Below, piece after piece: positions 27,759-41,180 of a stretch of 64,000 nt of DNA. Each line of letters starts with the position of its first letter. Position 1 is the first letter of the stretch. The notes under the pieces are model-generated. The model was not told where the DNA came from and made no database searches. It worked only from the letters and a program-made list of their open reading frames with translations. The translations under genes were made by a program, and so were the position numbers. The DNA is from Octopus vulgaris (Eukaryota): NCBI GenBank assembly GCA_951406725.2, contig OX597818.1, positions 92,256,001-92,320,000 on the forward strand, in the 5' to 3' direction.

Positions 27759-30700
27759 GTAAGTTAATTTAACAGTACTTAATTTGAGAGAGTAGTTTTG
27801 TGAATGTTATATGTAATTTTAATATTACTAATTTATACAATCAGTCCAGAGGGAGCTGATCTCTTTTCAAAAGTATATTTTCCTTAATTCTACAATATAT
27901 TTTCTGTAATATATTATTTTACAGACAGTTGTGTTTAGGTTAAACAAAATTGAAATTAAGAAGAATCGAACTGTTAGCTTTAAACTATAATACTGCTTTA
28001 TTGTTATAATAATATCGAACTTAAGGTATATTTAATATTACACCTTCAACTAATATACACTATTAAACATAGAATATTATCATCTCGACACCTGCGTCTC
28101 TTATGAAATATAATATATTTATGAAATATAATTGCACACTCAAATATAATTGCACTTCTACAAGTGTGAGCTATTGCGTTTAAGATGGTTATATGTATTT
28201 ATTCATTTATTTATTTACTTCTTTCTTTTGCAAATGTACTGTTTGTCCAATAAGAAATCCTGGAATCTAAATTCTTCCGGAATCACCAAAATATTATTCC
28301 TTTGATGATAAGGCGGCGAGCAGCCAGAAGTAGAGATATTTATTTACGTAGCATTCTAGATATTATTATAGCATTGAATAAAAATCTAATCACCAGATAC
28401 ATACCAACATTTAAATAGGAAAATATTGCTAAATAAAATTTACATATAATTCTACATTTGCCATTAAAAAATCTATATATTCTGTATATTTAGGCACATT
28501 CGTGAATTCAAGTAGTTACCGGAGTTCTACTTACATTTAGATTTTCTCTACATCTGAATGCATGCGAATTAACCCCAAGGTTGATGGGCAATTTTCTCCA
28601 CTGAGAAGATTAACATATGAAATCGTGTTGTCTTTATTGATTACCTTTAACCCGTGGTCAAACGAGATGTAATTTAATAATCTGAAATTTTACGGGAGCG
28701 GGTTAGTCTATTACATCGACACCAGTGCTCAACTGGTACTTATTACATCGACCCCAAAAGGATGAACAGCAAAGGTCGGATGAAACACCATTAAGCATTT
28801 TTCCCGGCTAACAATTTTTATTTCTTTATTGCCCACACAAGGGGCTAAACAAGGAGGACAAACATACAACAAGGACAGACATAGGGATTAAGTCCAATAC
28901 ATCGACCCCAATGCATAACTGGTATTTAATTTATCGACCCCGAAAGGATGAAAAGCAAAGTCGACCTCCGAGGAATTTGAACTCAAAACGTAACAGCGAA
29001 CGAAATACCTATTTTTTTACTACCCACAAGGGGCTAAACACAGAGAGGACAAACAAGGACAGACAAACGGATTAAGTCAATTATATCGACCCCAGTGCGT
29101 AAATGGTACTTAATTTATCGACCCCGAAAGGATGTAAAGCAAAGTCGATTTCGGCTGAATTTGAACTCAGAACGTAACGGCAGACGAATTACGGCTACGC
29201 ATTTCGCCCGGCGTGCTAACGTTTCTGCCAGCTCGCCGCCTTAAGATATATAATTATATAATATGTATAAAACAAGAAAGGGAAGCCAATTATATGCACT
29301 TTGTGCTTATTATTTGTGAAGGCATGTGGCTTAGTGATTTAGGTGTTATACACACGATCGCTGGATCATGGATTCGATTTCCGGACACAGCTGCACGAAG
29401 TGTTCTTGAGCAAATACTCCTTTTCATGTGATGTGTGTCACACTTGTGCACTTGTACAGGTAATGTCAGTTTGATGGAGAGAGAGTGAACTAATTGTACA
29501 GCACATGCATCTGATCACTATAAACAGGTCGTTCAGCAGAAACTGAACACTTATACGTCGTTTTCAACGGGAGAGTCCATTGTTTGACCCAATAGAAATA
29601 TTTTTTATAAATCTGATACTGTTTGTTTTGTGGAGCACACAATATCTGAAAGTTTCTTTATGAACATATACTAGCATTTCGTCTTCAAAAGCCACGCGAA
29701 ACGTAGTAGCTAGCAGTTCTTTACCATATTCTTTTCTAAGAACAGACTACATGTAAATCATAGCTTCCCAAAGTGTGCTGTGACACACTCGTAGTCGGTG
29801 AAAATTTTTCAATGAGTACTAGAGACAAAAGAGGCGACCGATGCATCTATTTAGTTTATCATTTTTATTTTTGTATTTTGTCATTTATTAAAATTTTTCA
29901 TCTGTATCTTTTACTTGTTTCAATCATTGGACTTCAAGGTGGTGCCCTTTCTGGGACACTACCTTAAAGGGCACCGTCTTGAAGGACGAACAAATTGATC
30001 TCAGTACATAGTTTTAAGTTTGATGCTTTCTCTATCTATTTTCTTGAACAGAATGTAAACAAACATTGGCTATCATATGTATGTAACATATAGATTTGTC
30101 ACATACCTGTGATAAATATAAGAAATAGAGATAAATAATATAAATAAATAAATTTATACAAAGGGTATGGATACAAACAGCATACGAAGCGAAGCAATAC
30201 ACACTCACACAAGGACTTCACGGCTGGTCACAATAACATCAGCAACACAACAATGACAGCAGCCGCAGCGTCAACAAAGATGGCAATAACAACAACAACA
30301 GCTACCACGATGGCAACACAGTAGCCGAACACACAAACACAGAGAAATACAGGAACTGAACCAAATTTTCGGGCCGTAAGAGAGCAGCAGCACAATGGGA
30401 TAAGAAAATGGAGCTGAGGAAAAGGCTATACTGCTGCTAAGAACAATGATACACACACAAGCATACACACGCACACACACACAAACACACACATGCACAG
30501 ATACACACAACACGCACGCATACAAACACAACACACACAAAAACACGGATGCAAATGTATGCGCACATAGAAGAGCAGGATAGTGTAAGAGGAGCAAGAG
30601 CTCACACGAATATGAAAAGTGCTACTGAAGAGGTCACAGGTGTGTAATGAAAGATTTCCAGACAATGGACATAACTTCGAATTTTTAAAAAAGTAAGAAC

Positions 30701-31178
30701 AGTAATAAATGTGTGAGGAACAAATATATAGTATGTGTGTTTATTTGGCAAAAAAAAAAAAGACCGTCCCGAAATGCAACAATATCATTTTCAACACACG
30801 ATTTACATCAGGTATCTCGCAGCACAAATTCATAAATGTATAACTATATATATTAAACTAAGAATGTCTGTCTGTCTATCTGTCGGTCTGTTTGTCTGTC
30901 TGTAAGCGTGAATCACTAAAACTCCAAAACTACCCAACGGATTTCATTCAAATTTTACACATGCCTTACTTAGGGTCAATAGAGTGTCATGGGCCCAAAG
31001 AATGTTCAACTTTTTGCATAAAGCCAGCCCGGAGCAATTTCTTAACCCTTACGCTGTTTCCGTGTTACATGTCAAAAGTAAAACAAAGACATTTTTATTA
31101 ATACTTTCAGTATTATAAGGTTTAAATTTCAATTACTTCATTATGCATATATAGATATTAGTTTCATTTCTGTTGCTC

Positions 31179-31238
<60 letters not shown>

Positions 31239-31407
31239 GTGTATATCTGTGAATACATATGTATATATGTATGTATGCATATGTATGTATATGGGTATAT
31301 ATATTTCTATATGTACATGAGTGTATATATGTATATATGTGTATATGTATATATATATATGTATGTATATGTATATTTGTATCTATATATATTATATGTA
31401 TACATGC

Positions 31408-31444
<37 letters not shown>

Positions 31445-31621
31445 TATAAAAGGGCTTAGTAAAATAAATTACTTTGCCGCATACTGAACTCATTAGAAAT
31501 AGCAGCCAAAAAAAACTTTTTTAAAAACTATCTCCAATACTTAAAGAAAATCTCTCTCGTATAGTGTTTGCTCAATTCAACTCACGAAAGTATGAGGGTA
31601 GAGACATTAAAAAATCAAATG

Positions 31622-31693
31622 CAAAGGTTATTTGAGAACGTACGTTTCAAGATTAGTCAAATCGACACTTCTATCATCAGCTCAGAACTCCCT
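31622..31693 (-). ncRNA. Type I hammerhead ribozyme, inverted copy
   Basis: tgagaacgtacgtttc...tcatcagctca is the reverse complement of the 32128-32200 motif. Confidence 0.8.
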
Positions 31694-32127
31694 GGTTTGG
31701 ATTTGAAAACACTGAAAGCGGGAACATACCCTTTCGGCCTGTTATCGCTTCTGAAGATCTGTTCAAAACTAACAGTGTTAGCAAATTCAAATATGCAAAC
31801 GAAGAATTTCTGCTCTCCTTTCCACCAGCGTGGGTTAAAAACAGCAAACATCATGCTTTTTTTCGGTAAAATCCGAGGCATTATATGGAGAGAGATGAAT
31901 TATAATTGTTGAAATTATAATTCATCTCTCTCCATATAATGCCTCGGATTTTACCGAAAAAAAGCATGATGTTTGCTGTTTTTAACCCACGCTGGTGGAA
32001 AGGGGAGAGCAGAAATTCTTCGTTTGCATATTTGAATTTGCTAACACTGTTAGTTTTGAACAGATCTTCAGAAGCGATAACAGGCCGAAAGGGTATGTTC
32101 CCGCTTTCAGTGTTTTCAAATCCAAAC

Positions 32128-32200
32128 CAGGGAGTTCTGAGCTGATGATAGAAGTGTCGATTTGACTAATCTTGAAACGTACGTTCTCAAATAACCTTTG
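32128..32200 (+). ncRNA. Type I hammerhead ribozyme (canonical CUGAUGA/GAAA, GUU site)
   Basis: tgag CTGATGA(32142) tagaagtgtcgatttgactaatctt GAAA(32174) c gtac g TT ctca; stem I tgag/ctca; palindromic CGUACG stem III. Confidence 0.8.
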
Positions 32201-32686
32201 CATTTGATTTTTTAATGTCTCTACCCTCATACTTTCGTGAGTTGAATTGAGCAAACACTATACGAGAGAGATTTTCTTTAAGTATTGGAGATAGTTTTTA
32301 AAAAGTTTTTTTTGGCTGCTATTTCTAATGAGTTCAGTATGCGGCAAAGTAATTTATTTTACTAAGCCCTTTTATATAATGTAATAATTTGAATTCGCCT
32401 TAAATGGTCCCTTTGTATACTGAATACTTGGTGAAATTGATTAATTAATTAATTTTACCCTCAATTGTTGAAATTATAATTCATCTCTCTCCATATAATG
32501 CCTCGGATTTTACCGAAAAAAAGCATGATGTTTGCTGTTTTTAACCCACGCTGGTGGAAAGGGGAGAGCAGAAATTCTTCGTTTGTATATTTGAATTTGC
32601 TAACACTGTTAGTTTTGAACAGATCTTCAGAAGCGATAACAGGCCGAAAGGGTATGTTCCCGCTTTCAGTGTTTTCAAATCCAAAC

Positions 32687-32759
32687 CAGGGAGTTCTGAG
32701 CTGATGATAGAAGTGTCGATTTGACTAATCTTGAAACGTACGTTCTCAAATAACCTTTG
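32687..32759 (+). ncRNA. Type I hammerhead ribozyme, second tandem copy
   Basis: Same motif; CTGATGA at 32701, 559 bp after the first copy. Confidence 0.8.
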
Positions 32760-33296
32760 CATTTGATTTTTTAATGTCTCTACCCTCATACTTTCGTGAG
32801 TTGAATTGAGCAAACACTATACGAGAGAGATTTTCTTTAAGTATTGGAGATAGTTTTTAAAAAAGTTTTTTTTGGCTGCTATTTCTAATGGGTTCAGTAT
32901 GCGGCAAAGTAATTTATTTTACTAAGCCCTTTTATATAATGTAATAATTTGAATTCGCCTTAAATGGTCCCTTTGTATACTGAATACTTGGTGAAATTGA
33001 TTAATTAATTAATTTTACCCTCAATTGTTGAAATTATATATATATATATATATATATATGCATGTATATATATGTATGCATGTATATATATATACATACA
33101 TACATATATATACATATATATATATATATATGTTTATCTAAATCTATATATGTATATAGGCGCAGAGGTGGCTGTGTCCTAAGAAGCTTGCTTGTCAACT
33201 ACATATTTCCCGGTTCAGTTCCTAGGCAAGTGTATTCTACTATACCATTGGGCCAACCAAAGCCATGTCAATGGATTTGGTTTGAACGAAGTATGT

Positions 33297-33344
<48 letters not shown>

Positions 33345-35045
33345 GTGTGTGTATATGTGTCTGAGTTTGTTCCCCACAATCGCTTAGAAACCGATGTTGG
33401 TGCGTTTACATCCACGAAATTAGCGGTTCAGCAAAGATATCGATAGAATAAACACTAGGTTTACAAAGAATAGGTCCAGGGGTTGATTTCTACAACTAAA
33501 AGGCGATGCTCCAGCATGGCCACTCTCAAATGACTGAAACAAGTAACAGAGTATAAGAGTAATATATATATGTGTGTGTGTGTGTATGTGTGTATATGTG
33601 TGTATATGTATATATATATATATAGAATATAAATATGCATATATGGGTACAGGACGTCACCAACTGTAAACAACATGAAGTATAAAAAAAGAAACGTCTA
33701 AATATCCACACAACGAGAAAGAATTGGAAAACAGGACAAGTAACACAAAGAACGACACTTCATCAGTTGTCGGCTGTCTATCTACTTCTCACTTCGAACA
33801 TTCAACGACAATATGAGTCTTCGAACACAGTTGCTCCCATAACCTCCAAAATAAAACTTTGGATTTATGGAGGATCAATGTTGGGAACAAAAACAGGACA
33901 GTGGAGACATACAAGGAAACCGAAAGAACACAAATATGGACGGTCATTGGACCAGAACGAGGGGGAAATAGTGTTCGCTGGTAGAAAAGTTTTCTTTGAA
34001 AAAAGAAAAGATAGAAGAGAGAGATAGAAGGCGTCCAGTCCTTAGAACGTACGTGCAGGAAAAGAAAGATGGTCACGTGAGGAAGAGAAGGATGGAGGAT
34101 GGGCACATGTGAGTAACGAGAGAGAGAAAATCAGAAAGAGGGAGAGAGAGATAGAAATCTTCATATGACACTATAAATCTATCCTAAGGAAATTCATCAA
34201 ACTTAGAGCAACATATGCAGAGGATTAACAACCGTAAACTGAGGCGAAGATTAATCAGCACTCAAAATAAACTTCTTGACACCAACCATAACTCATATGA
34301 GCAACCTAAAGACAACGTTTACAACTCGAATTATACTACCAACCAACAGAGCAATAATTACAATGTCCATGATAGCCATCCAAAAAACAACACTCACAAC
34401 AATTCAAATATTAAACTGAGAGCACCTAATTTCGACAACCAAAATATTATTCTTCTTGAATTTTTCCACCAATACTTTCAGTTGTCTCCCTAGACAATCA
34501 AAGGAGAGAGAGAGAGAGAGAGAGAGAGATTTTCTGTTATTGTATAATTTGCCAGAAATAGCAAGCAAATTATCCTCAAATCACATCCAGCTGTCTTTAA
34601 AAAGGGAAAAGCTTTGGAAACTGTTTTCCAGAAATCCCCCTGATATTAACGCTTTTGAATATAGGTAAGAACGAGAAAGGATGATCTATAACTGAACAAG
34701 ACCAAATTCTTACTATGAGTATACCAATAACCTCAGTCCTCTGCAGTCACTACGATTTCACATCAGTTATATGAAAGGTAACATGATCGCAATTGATTGT
34801 ATAATCATCAAAATACAAGCATGTGGGAGACACAATTCACGCTTCACTTGTGGCTAATTATTGAAATATACACTCCCATAATGTTTGTAATTGTTGTTTT
34901 TATATACCCAAAATCTTTTAAATCTGTCGATCTTATTTATAACAAAAATGAAACTGGCTTTGTAAAAAATTTTAATTCTGACATAAATGTTACCATGAAA
35001 TGAAAGTCGCATTAAAGAGTTATATTATACTTTTTGTCTTTTCAG

Positions 35046-35203
35046 AAAGCAACCCTGAAATCCATTCATGTAATCAGCGATATTAAATATCGATATGCTA
35101 CCACTCTAGTTTCCATGAAGTATTATAACACATACAATTCTGCTGTCACTGCAGACTTACATGTAAACATGCCTCGCCATTCATTTATATCAAATTTCTC
35201 CAT
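35046..35203 (+). CDS. ITIH-like exon 2 (VIT domain start: KATLKSIHVISDIKYRYATTLV...MPRHSFISNFSM)
   Basis: tttgtcttttcag acceptor, AT|gtaagt donor; VIT-type motifs RYATT and FISNFSM. Confidence 0.9.
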
Positions 35204-37039
35204 GTAAGTATAGTTTCATGGGGCTAAACAGCAATAACAATCGTCCCTTCTAGGACAACCACATTATGTTGACAAATAGCCTTTACTATAAGTATAATTC
35301 ATTTTCTCAAAATGTACATCTACTCAATCTTACTTTACAATAAGTTATCAAATAAAGGGCCATAAAATGCATGAACCTAAAGTTTTCTTAAGAAGTCTGT
35401 GACAATATTGTTGGTGCTCAATTAATGACCCTAAATCTTTTGAAGAATAGAATATTTTATTAAAAGAACAGTAAATGGAAAATAGGATATTCTCACAAGA
35501 ACTGTGGCTGTTAAAAGTTATGTTTATCTTATTTTTAAATAATATTGTATGAGAGTGGAGGCGAGTGATCGTAAGATTGTGGTTTCGATTCCTAGACCGG
35601 GCGACGCGTTGTGTTCTTGAGCAAAATACTTCATTGCACGTTGCTCCAGGCCACTCAGCTGGCTAAAATGAGTAACGCTACGATGGATTGACATCCCGTC
35701 CAGCTGGGGAACACGTATGCCATTGAAACCGGGAATCCGGGCCCATGAGCCTGGCTAGGCTTTAAAAGGACGCATTTATTTATTTTATTAATATTGTATG
35801 AGAACGGAGTGCAGGGTGTATATTTTTGAAGACTTCTTTATCGTCAGTTTACTGATATTAATAATCTTATTAATTTGAGCTAAGGCGGTGAGCTGGCTGA
35901 ATCGTTGGCATGCCCAGCAAAATGCTCATGGGTAAATCGTCTATACGCTCTGAGTTCAAATGCCATGGGGGTTCATTTTTGCCTTTCATTCTTTATGTAT
36001 TTATGTATGTAGATATATATGTATGCTTATGTGCGCGCGTGTGTGTACTAATCTGTCACTTGCGAACAAATAAAGCTTCGTAACATTTACCATTCTAGTT
36101 GTTTTAAGTGACAATGAAGTCGCGAACCTTTTGACGCAGCGAGACATCCAGGGTGTGACAGCTGATAAGAGAAATAGAGGCAGGCCAGAGCTGCACTAGA
36201 GTTCAATTGATAGTCATTTTCAGATAAGTAGATTTTGATAGAGCAACGCAAAATGAATTATTTCATTCTAATATAAAATGCCTTGCCCTGTTCGGGATCT
36301 GAACCCAACTCTATAGTCGTGAGCCGAATAACTTAATCACTAAACCTTTTTTCCACTCGTTTGTCATGCTCGCTGACCAGAATAACCTTTGCTAAATAGC
36401 TCTATTATGATTGAGTTGTTAAGCTGGCCTGCTGGCAGAATCGTTCGCAAAATTCTTAGCAACATTTCTTCTCAAATTCCGAATAGGTCGACTTTGCTTT
36501 TCATTCTTTCGGAGTTGATAAAATAAGTGCCAGTTTAACATGGGTCGATGGAATCGACTTACCCATCCCCCAGAATTGCTGGCTTTGTGCCAAAATTTGA
36601 AACCAATGACATTGTGCTATGTCTATTACTTTAACTTAGTGGCTTTAAAATCATGTTTGCCCCTGTACACCTATACATTATTTTCTATATTTTACAAAAT
36701 TTCAGATGATGATTTTAGAATTATCTGCCTTTCTTGATTTTAGAATTTAAACAGTTAATTTTGGTCAGTGAAGTTCATGAGTAATCTCATTTAAGAGAAG
36801 CTTTATGGCTCATCTCAAATCCTACACTTGCTTACTACATTAAGTTGTGGTGCATTCAAGAATACAGTACCTTGAAGAACCATTAACTTGGAGTAGATGG
36901 AAGGAGTGAAACATGATAAAAGTAGATTTGAGTAAACTGTAAGCTTTTACAACCGAGCTTAGTGAAGTAACGCAGTAGACACCTGCAGAGAGGTGTGGTG
37001 ACTGTTACATGGAATAAAGCTATTATCGTAACAATATAA

Positions 37040-37082
<43 letters not shown>

Positions 37083-37482
37083 GGTCGATGGTTTGAAACG
37101 AAAAAGCTGCATAGAGAAGTAGCGACTATTGTGCTAATAGCAAAAGGGACATGCACGAAGAAGTAAAGATTTCTAACAAAAGAAATCATCTGGTATATTT
37201 TCGTTCAAACGCTTCAAAATATAGTAATTCTAACTGAACAGAAACTATTATGAACTATACCATAATTGAGCATAATTTGAAATGGACATGATTATTGCTT
37301 ACCGTCTTCCGAATAATTAATTCAAAATATTTTTGAAAGTAAAATAAAGGCTGAAATAAATTATAAAAATTACAGGAAGATATTTTGTCTTCGTTTTGAA
37401 ACGTAAATATGGGATAAATATTTTAGATATTATAAAATAATTATGATGATGATTATTTAAAGAATGTTATTGTTAATTTCAG

Positions 37483-37593
37483 GGAAATTGATGGAAATGT
37501 GACTGTGGGAGAAGTAAAAAAGAAATCGGAAGCAAAACGTATTTTCGACTATGCCATTGAAACTGGGCAAAGTGCTGGCCATGTTGCTGTGGA
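37483..37593 (+). CDS. ITIH-like exon 3 (EIDGNVTVGEVKKKSEAKRIFDYAIETGQSAGHV)
   Basis: tttcag acceptor, GA|gtaaag donor, 111 nt phase 2-2; VIT motif GEVKxKxEA...GQSAGHV. Confidence 0.9.
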
Positions 37594-37694
37594 GTAAAGT
37601 ATCATTTTCTCTTACTTGACACTTATCAATCTAAGTTTTCCAATGAAAATATAACTTCAACATGTTTTAAACAATATTTTCTATCATTTTCCAG

Positions 37695-37945
37695 ACACCG
37701 CTTCACAAATGTTTTTGATATATCTGTTAATGTTGAACCACAAAAGTATGTAGTTTACAACTTGACTTATCAAGAACTTCTGACACGAGAGAACAATAAA
37801 TACAGGCACGTCATCCATTTGACCAATGGTGGAATTGTTGATGACTTTTTAGTTGAGGTTTTCATTAGGGAACCGCAAGACATTATTAATGTGTCTGTAC
37901 CAGAAATTAAAGATGATAAAGCAACAAATTTTTATGAAACCAAAG
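37695..37945 (+). CDS. ITIH-like exon 4 (FDISVNVEPQ...LTYQELLTR...)
   Basis: ttttccag acceptor, G|gtaggt donor; VIT end motif LTYQELL; overlaps ORF 37762..37953. Confidence 0.9.
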
Positions 37946-38131
37946 GTAGGTAAATCATTTCTGCTCGGATTTACTTCATGTTATATTAATTAGATTTGCT
38001 CTAAACTTCATAAACAAGTATACTCATATGATCTACTATGTGGGTGCTCACCGAAAATTTAGAAAATAGTATAGCTGATATAAAAAATAGAGTTTATGTG
38101 CAGAATATTAAATTTTTTTTTTGTTCTGGGC

Positions 38132-38460
38132 TCATCATCATCGTTTAACGTCCGCTTTCCATGCTAGCATGGGTTGGACGATTTTGACTGAGGGCTGGTG
38201 AACCAGATGACTGCAGATGATCTGGCAGAGGTTCTACAGCTGGATGCCCTTCCTAACGCCAACCACTCCGAGAGTGTAGTGGGTGCTTTTTATGTGGCAC
38301 CGGCACGGGGGCCAGCCAGGCGGTACTGGCAACGACCTCGCTCGAATCTTTCTACACATGCCACCGGTACAGGTGCCAGTAAGGCGACGCTGGTAACAAT
38401 CACGCTCGAATGATGCCTTTTACGTGCCACCGGCACGGAAGCCAGTTAGCCGCTCTGGTA
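38132..38460 (-). mobile_element. SINE/LINE fragment with RTE-type 3' tail
   Basis: (cat)n tail followed by cgtttaacgtccgctttccatgctagcatgggttggacg, an RTE-like 3' end. Confidence 0.6.
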
Positions 38461-40429
38461 ATATCTATGGGCTGTAAAAAAGAAGTCAACAGAAGTATAT
38501 TTAGTAAATGAAACACTCATATAAAATTTACTAATCTTATATCGAATTCCATACTTGTATAACTTATTATAAATACCCTGCAAGTAGAAGAAAAGGATAG
38601 TAAATTGAAAAAAAAAACATAGTCGTAGGATTAAAACGAATAAGGATTTAACTAGATTGTTAAATGTAACACAAAATTAAATTATATAGGAATGGTAAAC
38701 TATATCAATGATAAAACTCACTACTTTTCTTGATTATAAATTGCTATGTCTTCTTACCTGTTATTAGTATGTGGGGAAAGAACATATTTTTAATCAACGC
38801 TACACGTGTTTCTGCGCTGGTGGTGTGTTTATGTAAGATGTAGTTCTCTATATATAATCGAGAATCCCAGAGTAAGAATAATAGTGTACTTAGGAAAGAC
38901 ATTAGTACCACATCATTAAATTATAGACTTTGAATTCTCTAGTTTTGGTGTTAATAACCAAAACATTTTTCAATTACTAATTTCCTTATTAGAATATATT
39001 TATCTGTTTCTTTAGTTATCACCTCTACAGTACCTCAACAGAAATTACAGTAAACCTTATGTAACACTTTTTAGCCGAAATAAAACTTTGAATATATATA
39101 TTTAATAGGCTCGTGTACACTTAAATGCGAAAAGACATATGTCGCAGTAGCTGTTTTGGAAGAGAAATTCTTATTAAAAAATGCTTGTCAAATGCTTTGG
39201 TAGGGTTTTGAATGACGTCATCGAACTGTAGGACAGATGTTTCTGTGCCGTACTCTTCATCAGCTACAGATGCCGAGTCCATTGTTGATTACCCATTAAG
39301 AACAGCTGTTATATGCATACAGCAAAAATTAATTAGAGGCACACCAAGCAGTAATGTTTGAAACAATACAGCATATTTAAGCGGCTCGTGTATACTCAAG
39401 ACCTTCACAATGTACTTGTTTCGGAAGAGAAATTCTCTTTGTAGACAAGATATCTGAACACACACGGAGCTGGACTACGACTGAGGTCAAATGTTTTTCT
39501 GTCACTATGCTTCATCACTTACACAAACCGAACCGATCGGTCATATCCTCTAGGATATTATATTCGTATATGCAAATAGTAATATTAATTTTTAGTTGAA
39601 TTAGATTTCAGAGGTGTATCTCCCTATATTTGCTAACAAAAACAAAACAAATGGTTTGAGGAATCATTCCAAACCACTAGTTATTCTCCAAAATACAAAA
39701 CCCCATAGTCAATTAAGATTTTAAAGATGCTCCCCGTGGCTTCTTAGGAGTTATCATTAATGTCAATTATTTTCCTTTAATGTGTATAACAAATTCTTTT
39801 TTTTCCTTGTTACATTGAAAATGTCAGCCTCTACACAACTATAACTTCATATAATTCCACAGTTAGCAGTGTGCTGTCATTCGGCTGATATAACAACGAG
39901 CTGCTATGACATTACATTATTCTTGTAATATAATTATGTAATGCCTCAGATAACATTGCCTTATACAGCGGATAATACGACTTGAGTAGCATTACATCGT
40001 CACTAAGCGGATATGATAATTCTCCTTCAGTATTATGGTACAAATACTTAGATATGTTTAAAATAATACCCTTGACGTGAACCAAGTAACATTATATTGT
40101 TCTTTGGACAGCATATTTAACTTTGAAAAGGCCACTTGTATAACATTATACCTACTTCTAAAAATGTACTAGGTTAGCACCATATTCACCCCGCTTATGT
40201 GTTGTAATCTAACGTCGAACTGTTATAACTTTCACCCCGGTATAGCAGTACTCTTAGTTAGACAAGTAAAGATACGACTATCTATGACCGACTTCGCCGA
40301 CTTCTCAACCACGCAACTTCCTAGGTCACAGTATTTGTAACGACCATCACATACCGCTCGTCACGTAGGAGGGGTGTTCCATTATTATTATTGTTAACCC
40401 CATAACTTCAGCTAGTATTCCTGGATGTA

Positions 40430-41180
40430 TTAATAACACACACCAAGTATGGATTCAGGACATCCATATAGCGGAAGCCGACCTTCACTGGACAATACTT
40501 TAACTTCAATTCCCACCATCCATACAGTGTAAAGAAAGGGATTGCTCAATGCCTAAAACATCAAGCAAAGAATTTAAGTAGCGATCGTGATACCCACCAC
40601 AAAGAATTGATCAAACTTAGTAACAGGCGCAAGTGTGGCTGTGTGGTAAGTAGCTTGTTTACCAACCACATGGTTCCGGGTTCAGTCCCACTGCGTGGCA
40701 CCTTGGGCAAGTGTCTTCTACTATAGCCTCGGGCCAGCCAGAGCCTTGTGAGTGGATTTGGTAGACGGAAACTGAAAGAAGCCCGTCGTATATATGTATA
40801 TATATGTGTGCGTGTATGTTTGTGTTTGTCCCCCTAGCATTGCTTGACAACCGATGCTGGTGTGTTTATGTCCCCGTCACTTAGCGGTTCGGCAAAAGAG
40901 ACCGATAGAAAAAGTACTAGGCTTACAAAGAATAAGTCCCTGGGTCGAGTTGCTCTATTAAAGGCGGTGCTCCAGCATGGCCGCAGTCAAATGACTGAAA
41001 CAAGTAAAAGAGTAAAGAGAGTAAAGAGTAACAATGCATTAAGCAACAACTATCCCCAAAACATGCTACCCATTCCAATTATGAAGAAAAGAGAGGATGA
41101 AACCAATAAATTGTCCACAGTCTGTCTACCATATGTGAAAGGCCTCTCCGAAAAGATACAAAATATATGCGGCCCAATAT
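40430..41180 (+). pseudogene. Penelope-like RT C-terminal/linker fragment, interrupted by a SINE
   Basis: RKPTFTGQYFNFNSHHPYSVKKG ... NNYP ... CLPYVKGLSEKI; SINE 40625-41030 with agtaaca target duplication. Confidence 0.8.

Larger units (their letters stand above)
31441..33038. mobile_element. 559-bp HHR-bearing fold-back/tandem element in (TA)n, within ITIH intron 1
   Basis: Inverted partial unit 31441-31907, direct units starting at 31904 and 32463, short third start at 33023; flanked by (TA)n. Confidence 0.85.

Noticed and set aside
30845-31150. Helitron-like 5' end with (CTGT)n
   Set aside because: No 3' hairpin/CTRR end identified; too weak to call
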